Below, piece by piece: positions 8,738 to 15,398 of a DNA stretch of 27,114 nucleotides. The first letter of the stretch is position 1. Every line of letters starts with the position of its first letter. The position numbers were made by a program, and so were the translations under genes. Origin of the DNA: a virus (taxonomy: Duplodnaviria > Caudoviricetes); IMG/VR virus record IMGVR_UViG_3300037420_001129, positions 1 to 27,114 of that record; one strand, given 5' to 3'. Under the pieces are notes generated by a model that saw nothing but the letters and a program-made list of their open reading frames with translations, searched no databases and was not told the origin of the DNA.

Positions 8738-9267
8738 TCCTTCGGCCGCTCGGTGGGCGCCACGAACTCAATCTGGACGTTCTGCTGCAGCGGGCCGCCG
8801 TTGGGGCCCGTCAGCTCGGTCTTGTCCTTCCACATCCCCAGGTGGCGGCCGAGCAGCTCGAGCGCGCCCTTCTTGTCGGCCAGCTTGAGCTTCATCACCT
8901 GGCTGATGCCCACCTCGCCGTTGCCGATCGTCGCCACGTCCAGGCCCACCACGGCGCGCGCGGTGTCCTCGTCCATGGCAGTCACAGGCAGCGGCTCGCC
9001 GTTGTCGGCGAAGAGCCGGCGGGCGTCGAAGAAGGCCATCCTGGCCAGCTCCTGCAGCACCCGGTCTGCAGTGATCTCGGTGCGCTTGCTGCGCTCCTCC
9101 ATCGCGGCCTGTATGGCCTCGCGGACTGGAGTTTTCTGGAGCAGCTGGTAGGCGATGCTCTCGGCGTTGCGAACGCTGTAGCCGGCGCGGATGGCGGCTT
9201 GCGTCGCGTTCAGGTCCACCAGGTACTGCCTGACGAACTCGGCTTGCTTCGGGGCGAGCTTCTTCAT
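8734..9267 (-). CDS. terS: Terminase small subunit (177 aa)
   Basis: Start re-called at MKKLAPKQAEFVRQYLVDLNATQAAIRAGYS. C-terminal DK..ALELLGRHLGM and ELTG.NGGP. ATGA overlap with terL. Confidence 0.93.
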   Translation of the reverse strand: MKKLAPKQAEFVRQYLVDLNATQAAIRAGYSVRNAESIAYQLLQKTPVREAIQAAMEERSKRTEITADRVLQELARMAFFDARRLFADNGEPLPVTAMDEDTARAVVGLDVATIGNGEVGISQVMKLKLADKKGALELLGRHLGMWKDKTELTGPNGGPLQQNVQIEFVAPTERPKE

Positions 9268-9447
9268 CGTGTGCAGGTGGTGGGGTGTTGGGGGTGGCGC
9301 TTCGACTTCCCCGAAGGGCACGCCTTATGGCGCAGCGCCTGCCGTTCTCATCGCGCCCGGAAACCGCGGATGCGCGCGGCGGTGACGCAGGCCGGTTTGC
9401 CCGCCGGCCTCACACCCGGGCTGTGTGCTCTCGCGGGTGTTGTCGGG
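9268..9447 (-). ncRNA. Candidate structured RNA element in the 180-nt gap upstream of terS (family not recognised)
   Basis: Consecutive stems on the minus strand: CACAC/GTGTG, AGGCCGG/CCGGCCT, GCCG-CGCGC/GCGCG-CGGC, and GGCGCT/AGCGCC enclosing GCGCC-ATAA-GGCGT and CCC-TTCG-GGG. Confidence 0.35.
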
Positions 9448-10095
9448 TTAGGCGGCGGCCAGCTGCTGGAACAGGCGGTAGCCCTCCAGCTTCCACAGCT
9501 CATCGCGGGCGGCAGCCTGGGCCTTGCCCATGGCGATCTTGAAGCCGATGTCCGCGTCGAAGTTGGCGGGGTCCACGCAGGCGCTGTGGCCGCTGGCCAG
9601 GAAGAAGCGGCCGTCCAGGTAGGCGTGCACGAAGGTGCTGGTGTCGTCGGCTTGGCGCACGGCCAGCTTGTAGTCCACGCGCTGCATCAGCTTTTCGATC
9701 TGCGTGGGCGTGATGCGGGGCGCGGTCTTGCCGGCGGCCACGATCACGCGCTCGATGTCGGCGTCGGTAATGGGCGTGCCGCCCACCACGGGCTCGGCCA
9801 GCTTGGCCTCCAGCTGCTCGGCCTTCGCGGCCTGGCCCTTTTGGTAGTCCATCCACTTCGCGTGCATCAAGCCCTCGGGCGCGACGTCGTCTTCCTGGAG
9901 CAGCTTCACGCTGGTGAAGTGGAAGGGCACGCCGTTGGCATCGAACACCGACAGGTTGACGCAGCGGTCGCTCCAGACGCGCGCCACCAGCGCAGCGCAG
10001 GGCTCGCCTTCGGAGGGCTTGGCGAAGCCGGGCAGAACAGCGGCGCCGGCCATGAAGAGAACGACGCGGCCGACGGTGGGCTTGATGAGGGACAT
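9448..10095 (-). CDS. Two-domain protein: unknown N-terminal domain + Gp49 (N4 gp49/Sf6 gp66; Acb4-like) domain (215 aa)
   Basis: Start re-called at MSLIKPTVGRVVLF. C-terminal TAPRITP..I...GHSACVDPANFDADIGFKIA..A...LWKLEGYRL is the Gp49-family signature. Confidence 0.85.
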   Translation of the reverse strand: MSLIKPTVGRVVLFMAGAAVLPGFAKPSEGEPCAALVARVWSDRCVNLSVFDANGVPFHFTSVKLLQEDDVAPEGLMHAKWMDYQKGQAAKAEQLEAKLAEPVVGGTPITDADIERVIVAAGKTAPRITPTQIEKLMQRVDYKLAVRQADDTSTFVHAYLDGRFFLASGHSACVDPANFDADIGFKIAMGKAQAAARDELWKLEGYRLFQQLAAA

Positions 10096-10104
10096 TCGGG
10101 CTCC

Positions 10105-10147
10105 AGAAAGCAAAAACCCCCGCCGAGCTGCTGCTGGGCGGGGGTGC
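10105..10147 (-). terminator. tR'-like intrinsic terminator before the late genes
   Basis: Minus strand ACCCCCGCC-(CAGCAGCAGCTC)-GGCGGGGGT-TTTTGCTTTCT. Confidence 0.8.
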
Positions 10148-10162
10148 GGTGAGATTGGCAAA

Positions 10163-10191
10163 AATGTGTCAGTTTTGATTCGCGGCGTCAA
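10163..10191 (-). promoter_or_regulatory. pR'-like late promoter
   Basis: TTGACG (10191-10186), 17-nt spacer, CACATT (10168-10163) with an extended -10 TG. Overlaps the stop of the Q-position gene and is followed within ~20 nt by the terminator, as in lambda pR'/tR'. Confidence 0.65.
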
Positions 10192-10781
10192 GCGGCTTGT
10201 AAGGTTTCGTCCGCGACGTTTTCCTCAACCACCAGCTCGGTACGCTCGAACAGCGGCTGCAGGCGGGCTTCAGCGGCGCGGCGCAGCGCCTTGACGTGCT
10301 CCCGCACCACCAGGGCCGCGCGCTGTAGGCGGCTGTATGGCACGCCGAATTCCTGACTCATCTGCCGCAGGGACCACGCGTTCTCATCCCCGGGCAGGAC
10401 CACGGAATAGACCAGCGCCTTCATCACCAGCTCGCCGTGGATGCCGGTCAGCGGTCGCAGGTACTCGGCTACCCCGGCAACGCCCTTGGCGCGGGTGACC
10501 TGGTGCCCGTAGCGAGCCCAGATCACATCGCGCTCGGGCCCGGGCAGGTGATTGAGCGCCACGCCGCGGACCTGTGAGCACTGTCCTCGCACCTCGAGCG
10601 GCTGCAGACCGCGGAAGTCCAGCGTGCGCGTTTCCTCATCGCGCTCTTCGGGTCGGATGCCGGCCTCACGCTTGAGCCACTCCAGCAGCACCTGCGTGCT
10701 GCACTGCTGCGTCGCCGGGCAGATCTCCATGAGGAACGACACGTGCAGCGCTTGACCGACCGATGAGAAAACACCTTGCAT
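10188..10781 (-). CDS. Putative late-gene regulator / Q-like antiterminator (197 aa)
   Basis: Last early gene before the pR'/tR' element. C-terminal HTH-like WSLRQMSQEFGVPYSRLQR. GAGGGAG RBS. Confidence 0.65.
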   Translation of the reverse strand: MQGVFSSVGQALHVSFLMEICPATQQCSTQVLLEWLKREAGIRPEERDEETRTLDFRGLQPLEVRGQCSQVRGVALNHLPGPERDVIWARYGHQVTRAKGVAGVAEYLRPLTGIHGELVMKALVYSVVLPGDENAWSLRQMSQEFGVPYSRLQRAALVVREHVKALRRAAEARLQPLFERTELVVEENVADETLQAA

Positions 10782-10863
10782 TCCAACTCCCTCGCCGCTG
10801 AGCGGCCTTCTTCGTTTTCGCCATGCGCGCCGGCCTGTTGAGCCCGCACGCGGTAACGGCGCG

Positions 10864-11127
10864 TCAGCGGCGCCTTGCGTGCGTCTTGCGCAGCTCCTCG
10901 ATGTCTGGGCCGCGCGGCAGCAGCGCCTGGAGCTCGAACCCGAGCAGCTTTGCGAACTCAGGCCAATCCCACTCCGCAGCCGGGACCTGGATCACTGCGG
11001 CCGCACCGGGCACGGCATAGCCCACGAGCACCCAGCCGTGGTGCGACTGCGCGTCCGTGGCCACGCCGAGCTGGCCCGCTTCGAGCAGCTCGACGGCGCG
11101 GGCCTGGACGCGGGCGGCGGGCGTCAC
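10864..11127 (-). CDS. Hypothetical protein (87 aa)
   Basis: GTG at 11127 in a GTGA overlap with the upstream stop. Sequence MTPAARVQARAVELLEAGQLGV...WDWPEFAKLLGF. Confidence 0.6.
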   Translation of the reverse strand: MTPAARVQARAVELLEAGQLGVATDAQSHHGWVLVGYAVPGAAAVIQVPAAEWDWPEFAKLLGFELQALLPRGPDIEELRKTHARRR

Positions 11128-11489
11128 GCCGCGAACTCCAGCACGTGCTGCGCGCCGGGCACGGGCGGCCCGAACTCGATGCGCACGCCCCACTCGCCGC
11201 GGCACTGCGCGTAGCGGTAGCGCACCTGGTCGCGGTGCTTGTCGTCGACGCCGAGCCACTTCGCGACGGCGTCGCGCACGGCCTTGAGGCTCCCGGCCAG
11301 GTTGTCGTCGTCCAGGCCGTCCGACGGCGCCACGCGCGTGAGCAGCACCGTGCACGGGATCTGTGGCTTCGTGGCGCGCGCGAGCAGCCACGCTACGGCG
11401 CTCCCCTGGTTCTTCGTGCTCCGGTGCTTCTTGCGCCAGTGGCCGCGGTCGTTCTGGCCACGGCCGGTGCGGATCGGGACCAGGATCAC
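11124..11489 (-). CDS. RusA-like Holliday junction resolvase (121 aa)
   Basis: GTGA overlap start. N.R.HW motif, TV.LTRV, acidic LDDDNL.GSLKAVRD and GVDD motifs. nin-region position. Confidence 0.7.
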   Translation of the reverse strand: MILVPIRTGRGQNDRGHWRKKHRSTKNQGSAVAWLLARATKPQIPCTVLLTRVAPSDGLDDDNLAGSLKAVRDAVAKWLGVDDKHRDQVRYRYAQCRGEWGVRIEFGPPVPGAQHVLEFAA

Positions 11490-11731
11490 AGCACACCCCA
11501 CCGGTACGCGATTGCCTGAGCTGCGCCGCGAATGTCGCAGTCGAGCACCGAGCCGCCGGGCATGTAGTCCGGCGCATCCAGCGGGCCGCCGTGGCAATCC
11601 GGCATGAGGCGGTTCCCCGTCTCGGCGCGGCCGTGGCCGGGCTTCGAGCGCGCGGCCACCATCGCCTGCTGCAGCCGGCTTCCGGTGCCGAAGCGGAATT
11701 CGTCGGCAGCTTGTCCCTGGTAGCCCTTCAC
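11486..11731 (-). CDS. Hypothetical protein (81 aa)
   Basis: GTGA overlaps at both ends. Sequence MKGYQGQAADEFRFGTGSRLQQAM...AIAYRWGVL. Confidence 0.55.
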   Translation of the reverse strand: MKGYQGQAADEFRFGTGSRLQQAMVAARSKPGHGRAETGNRLMPDCHGGPLDAPDYMPGGSVLDCDIRGAAQAIAYRWGVL

Positions 11732-11883
11732 AGCCGCACTCCACGCAACCAGTCCTGAGCCATGCCCAGGCCGACGCCCAGCCCTATGGCGGCCGGTACC
11801 AGCAGCAGCGCCACCGCGCCGAGCCACAGCCACTCGCGGCGGCTCAAGCCCCGCGGCACCTCGCATTTTTCGATCTCGATCAT
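11728..11883 (-). CDS. Small single-pass membrane protein (51 aa)
   Basis: MIEIEKCEVPRGLSRREWLWLGAVALLLVPAAIGLGVGLGMAQDWLRGVRL. GGGAG RBS. Confidence 0.6.
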   Translation of the reverse strand: MIEIEKCEVPRGLSRREWLWLGAVALLLVPAAIGLGVGLGMAQDWLRGVRL

Positions 11884-11885
11884 CC

Positions 11886-12041
11886 TCAGCTCCCTATCGC
11901 TGCCCAGAGCAGCGCTCCCGTCATCACCAGCAGCACCAGGAACCCCAGCACCACCCTCTTCGCCCTGCGTCGACGCGCCCTCTCGCGTCGGCATCGGCCC
12001 TTCTCTCCGCACCAGCCGCACGGCCAGTAGCCGCACCTCAC
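11886..12041 (-). CDS. Small Cys/Arg-rich membrane protein (51 aa)
   Basis: GTGA overlap with the rep stop. MRCGYWPCGWCGEKGRCRRERARRRRAKRVVLGFLVLLVMTGALLWAAIGS. Confidence 0.5.
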   Translation of the reverse strand: MRCGYWPCGWCGEKGRCRRERARRRRAKRVVLGFLVLLVMTGALLWAAIGS

Positions 12042-12967
12042 GGCGAGGCCCTCGCGTCCCGTCCCAGCCCGCGCTGGCGGCGGATCTCGGCGGCTCGCTC
12101 GGCCTCGCGGGCCCTCTGCTCCGGCGTGAGCGTCTGGGTGGCGAGGTACGCCTGGGTTTTCTCCGGCTCGCTGCTCGGCACGGTGGGCGGCGGCGTGCTG
12201 GGCGGCATGGCGCCCCGGTGCAGGCCCTCGGCCTTCTGGGCGGCCTCCTGGCGCTGGCGCGTCAGCGTGCCCAGGGCGTAGGCGAAACCCTTGCGCTTGC
12301 TGGCCGCCGTGCGGGCCGCGCCGGCGAACTCCTCGTCGGTGGCGCCAGCCTCCAGCAGCGTGCGGAGCTCCGGGTGCCCGGGGTTGACGTCGGCGATGCC
12401 CTCGGCCCGCATGACGCGGCACACACGGCCCGCCGGGGTGGGTTCGAAGCCGTCGACGTTCACGCCCACACACGCAGCGCCTTCGCGCTCTGTGTGTGTG
12501 TCTTTCTCTTCTTCTCTACTCTTCTCTTCTCTAGGCGTTCCCGCCGTTTCACTGGCGTTTCGTGGCGTTTCATCGCCCGACGTGGTGTTGCCTGCCGCCT
12601 CTTGGCGCTTCCGCTCCCGGTATGCCCGCACGCGGTCGGTGCTGGTGTCGTCTTCGCGCTCGCGCTTGGGCTGGCGTTTCTCCCACGCGACGATGCGACC
12701 GGTCGCGGCGTCAACGAGGTTGCGCTCGCACATGCGCTCGTAGATGCGTTGCGCCGTGCCCTCGTCCAGGTCAAGCAGGTAGTCCAGCGCCTCGAAATCG
12801 GGAGTGCCGGGGTTGCCGCGGTCCTCGGCAGCGCTGGCCGCTTCAAGCAGACAGGCCCACACCGACAGGACGTCGCCGCGGCGGGCGCCGGCCTTCTTGG
12901 CCACCAGGCCAAACTTGGGATCTGTGACGCTGCCTTGGTGCCAGCGAAACCAGTCAAAACCGGCCAT
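12038..12967 (-). CDS. Phage replication initiator / replisome organiser (309 aa)
   Basis: N-terminal WFRWH.G.V.DPK...W..LL, W.KRQ..RE...ST.RV.A.RER, charged linker REEKSREEKDT. Lambda O-like position. Confidence 0.8.
   Translation of the reverse strand: MAGFDWFRWHQGSVTDPKFGLVAKKAGARRGDVLSVWACLLEAASAAEDRGNPGTPDFEALDYLLDLDEGTAQRIYERMCERNLVDAATGRIVAWEKRQPKREREDDTSTDRVRAYRERKRQEAAGNTTSGDETPRNASETAGTPREEKSREEEKDTHTEREGAACVGVNVDGFEPTPAGRVCRVMRAEGIADVNPGHPELRTLLEAGATDEEFAGAARTAASKRKGFAYALGTLTRQRQEAAQKAEGLHRGAMPPSTPPPTVPSSEPEKTQAYLATQTLTPEQRAREAERAAEIRRQRGLGRDARASP
12491..12572. promoter_or_regulatory. Putative replication origin inside the initiator gene
   Basis: CGTT(T/C)C repeats at 12536, 12545, 12556 and 12566 (9-11 bp spacing), next to a (TG)5 run and a pyrimidine tract at 12491-12532. 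Confidence 0.55.
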
Positions 12968-12973
12968 GTACTA

Positions 12974-13207
12974 CTACTCCTGCTGCTCGGCCAGCTCAGC
13001 CGCGATCGCGCGGATCTCGTCGTCGGTGATTCCGTGCTCGCGCGCCAGCTGCTGCACGTCGCGCACAGCGGCGCGGCGCTCCTGGCCGCGGCGGCGGTCG
13101 GGGGTGTCGGATTCGGCCCGGCGCTCGGCTGGGCCTTGGCGGCGCTCGATGCCGCTGCGGCGGTCCTCAGCGGGCACCACCGGGGGGATGACGATGCCCG
13201 GCTTCAT
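12974..13207 (-). CDS. Small (D/E)RR-repeat protein (77 aa)
   Basis: ATGA overlap with the methylase stop. MKPGIVIPPVVPAEDRRSGIERRQGPAERRAESDTPDRRRGQERRAAVRDVQQLAREHGITDDEIRAIAAELAEQQE. Confidence 0.7.
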   Translation of the reverse strand: MKPGIVIPPVVPAEDRRSGIERRQGPAERRAESDTPDRRRGQERRAAVRDVQQLAREHGITDDEIRAIAAELAEQQE

Positions 13208-14070
13208 GCGGCGACCTCCAGCGAGAGGCAGTGCTGCCGGCCCTGCGCATCCAGTGCGGCGCTGCACACCGGGTTCAACCACAGCACCTCGGTGCGCTCG
13301 CGCGCGCCATCGGCCCGCGTTTCTCGCTCGTGTCGCCGCCACCCCGGGAAAAGCTCCTGGTCGTACAACTCACACGGGTAGCCGCTGAGCACCACCATGC
13401 CGCGCAGACCGTGCAGCACGCCGGCCAGCTCGCGGTGGTCATCGTCCGTCATCTCGATGGCGTACTTCTGGCGCACGCCGCGCGCGTTGCCGCGGGTGGA
13501 CAGGACATAGGGCGGATCGACATAGAACAGCGTTTCGGCGCCGTCGTTCGCCTGCATCACCTCCAGAGCGTCGCGCTGCTCGATCACGACGCCGCGCAGG
13601 CGATCCACGAACGCGGGCACGCAGTCCGGCCACGTCAGCAGGTCGAAGGCCGCGCTTCTGTCGGCCTGGCGCAGGCCTGCGCGGAAGCCAGTGGCGTGCT
13701 TCGAGAAGGCTGCGCCGGAGCCAAACCCCATGAAGGCGCGCGCCACGGTGCGCCGGGCCTGCTCCACGGGATCGTCCGCGGGCTCGTAGCAGGCCTCGAA
13801 CTCCTCTCGGGCAAAGGGCGTCAGCTCAATCAGGGTGCGCAGCCGCTCCGCGCTATCGCTGTTGCGCAGCACGCGGAACACGTTGCAGATCTCCGGGTTC
13901 AGCTCGTTGTAGAGCTCGTTCGGCGCCCTCAGCTTGCGCAGCAGCACCGAAGCGGCGCCGCCGTAGGGTTCGACGTAGACCTGGTGGGGCGGGAAGTACT
14001 GCGTCAGCCAGTCGGCCAGTCGGAACTTGCCTCCGTGGTACCGGAGCACGGGACGGGTGACGGCGCTCAT
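13204..14070 (-). CDS. DNA adenine methyltransferase, Dam/D12 class (288 aa)
   Basis: Start re-called at MSAVTRPVLRYHGGK. SAM-binding YVEPYGGAASV and catalytic FYVDPPY. Confidence 0.93.
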   Translation of the reverse strand: MSAVTRPVLRYHGGKFRLADWLTQYFPPHQVYVEPYGGAASVLLRKLRAPNELYNELNPEICNVFRVLRNSDSAERLRTLIELTPFAREEFEACYEPADDPVEQARRTVARAFMGFGSGAAFSKHATGFRAGLRQADRSAAFDLLTWPDCVPAFVDRLRGVVIEQRDALEVMQANDGAETLFYVDPPYVLSTRGNARGVRQKYAIEMTDDDHRELAGVLHGLRGMVVLSGYPCELYDQELFPGWRRHERETRADGARERTEVLWLNPVCSAALDAQGRQHCLSLEVAA

Positions 14071-14483
14071 GCTGCACCGCCCTTCAGCATCGCCGCCAGT
14101 CGAGCCTTCTGCGCGCCAATGCCCAGCCCGGCCAGCGGCACGGTGACATCGAGCCCGACGGTCCATGCGCCGCGGTACGCGCGGCCGGCCAGGATCTCCA
14201 GCGGCTGCTGGAGCTGGTCCAGGGCATCGAGCTGCGCGCGCACGCGTTCGCCCCAGTGGAAGCGCTGAGAGCGCGGCAGATCGGCCAGCGTCTCGTTGTA
14301 GGGCGCGAGCCAGTGCTGAGGCTGCACGAGGCCGTGGCGCGCCGACAGGATCAGCCAGCGCGCGCCGCGCTTCTCAGCCCAGGCGCGAGCCTTGCGGAAC
14401 AGGTCGCCCTGGTAGAGGTCGCGCGCTTGGGCGGCGTGCGGCAGCTTGGCCTTGCTGCAGGCGATGAGGGTCAGGCGCTGCAT
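14067..14483 (-). CDS. DUF6884-like protein (138 aa)
   Basis: LIACSKAK...ARDLY.G.LF...W.ILSARHGL..P...APYN.TL...LAG..Y...PL.GLGIG.Q pattern. Confidence 0.8.
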   Translation of the reverse strand: MQRLTLIACSKAKLPHAAQARDLYQGDLFRKARAWAEKRGARWLILSARHGLVQPQHWLAPYNETLADLPRSQRFHWGERVRAQLDALDQLQQPLEILAGRAYRGAWTVGLDVTVPLAGLGIGAQKARLAAMLKGGAA

Positions 14484-14689
14484 GTGGCCTCCTGGACGAG
14501 CTTGGCGCCGTCCGCCTTGGCCTGCTGCAGGCAGTCGCCGTGGATACGGTGCTCATGGCCGCCGCGATCAGCGACGACGTGGAAATAGAACAGCCCGAGG
14601 CCCTTGCCTGGGGCGCGTTGCAGCTGGCGATTGCAGACCCAGCAGAAGGACGGCGCGCCGCCGCCCTGGCGCAGACGCAGGCCACTCAT
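14471..14689 (-). CDS. Small putative Zn-binding protein (72 aa)
   Basis: CWVC...HGDC motif. ATGA overlap with the upstream ORF. Confidence 0.6.
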   Translation of the reverse strand: MSGLRLRQGGGAPSFCWVCNRQLQRAPGKGLGLFYFHVVADRGGHEHRIHGDCLQQAKADGAKLVQEATCSA

Positions 14690-15087
14690 GCCGTCTCGCC
14701 CTCCGGCAGGTAGCGCCCGATCCCCAGCGCCGAAAACATCGGCGTGACGGACGACGGGTCCACGCCATAGCGCGGGTCATAAGGGGGCAGCGTGCGCACG
14801 ACGGACGGCGCCACGGCGGGCTCGGCCGGCGGCGTAGCCGGCTTGTCTGTCTCGCGCGGCGTCCAAGGCGCTGTGATCGTCGGGCGCGGCCTAGTCGTGC
14901 TGCGATAGCGCGGGGCAGGCGGTGCCTTCACGATCTCCGGCGCCGAAGTCCGAGTCGGCAGCTCGGTCACGCACTCGGCGCACACGAGCCCGCTGCCAGG
15001 GACGGTCTTGCAGCCCTTGCGGAGCTTGATGAGGCTGCAGCATGTGCAGAGCATCTGGCGCGGCAGCTTGTTGGCGGCGGCGCTCAT
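14686..15087 (-). CDS. Hypothetical protein with N-terminal Zn ribbon and Pro-rich linker (133 aa)
   Basis: Start re-called at MSAAANKLPRQMLCTCC...VCAEC. C-terminal DPRY.VDP....FSALGIGRY. ATGA overlaps. Confidence 0.65.
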   Translation of the reverse strand: MSAAANKLPRQMLCTCCSLIKLRKGCKTVPGSGLVCAECVTELPTRTSAPEIVKAPPAPRYRSTTRPRPTITAPWTPRETDKPATPPAEPAVAPSVVRTLPPYDPRYGVDPSSVTPMFSALGIGRYLPEGETA

Positions 15088-15398
15088 GCGGGCACCGCCT
15101 GTTCTTCCGGTCGGCCCGCGATGCGCAGCATCTCGTCTTCGCCGTCGGCGGCGCGGATGGGGCGTAGGTAGCAGTCGCCGATGGAGAGGAGGTCGCCGAG
15201 GTAGATGCGGCCACCAAAAACCATCGAGACCGGGATTGCCTGCTCGATCACCCATGACGGGCCGGGCGCGGCCACCAGTCGCACGCACCGCACGACAGTG
15301 CCGCGAATGTCGATCTGCGCGGTTCGGTGGCCTTGGCGCCCCGGCAGTAGCTCGGCGACATAGGCCAAGTCGCCCGGCCTGCAATTGAGCCCGCTCAC
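15084..15398 (-). CDS. Conserved hypothetical phage protein (104 aa)
   Basis: LNCRPGDLAYV...D..LRPIR...GEDEML..AG.P pattern. GTGA overlap with cro. Confidence 0.7.
   Translation of the reverse strand: MSGLNCRPGDLAYVAELLPGRQGHRTAQIDIRGTVVRCVRLVAAPGPSWVIEQAIPVSMVFGGRIYLGDLLSIGDCYLRPIRAADGEDEMLRIAGRPEEQAVPA

Noticed and set aside
9385-9410. GGGCAAACC on the minus strand, resembling part of a c-di-GMP-I riboswitch
   Set aside because: The following GNRA-capped stem and second conserved stem are missing. Hammerhead and tRNA consensus elements are also absent from this gap.
11728-12041. Small membrane ORFs as holin or spanin
   Set aside because: Early-operon location, no adjacent endolysin and no lipobox; not supportable as lysis genes.
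13204-14070. Methylase as part of a restriction-modification system
   Set aside because: No adjacent restriction endonuclease. Orphan Dam-like genes are common in temperate phages.
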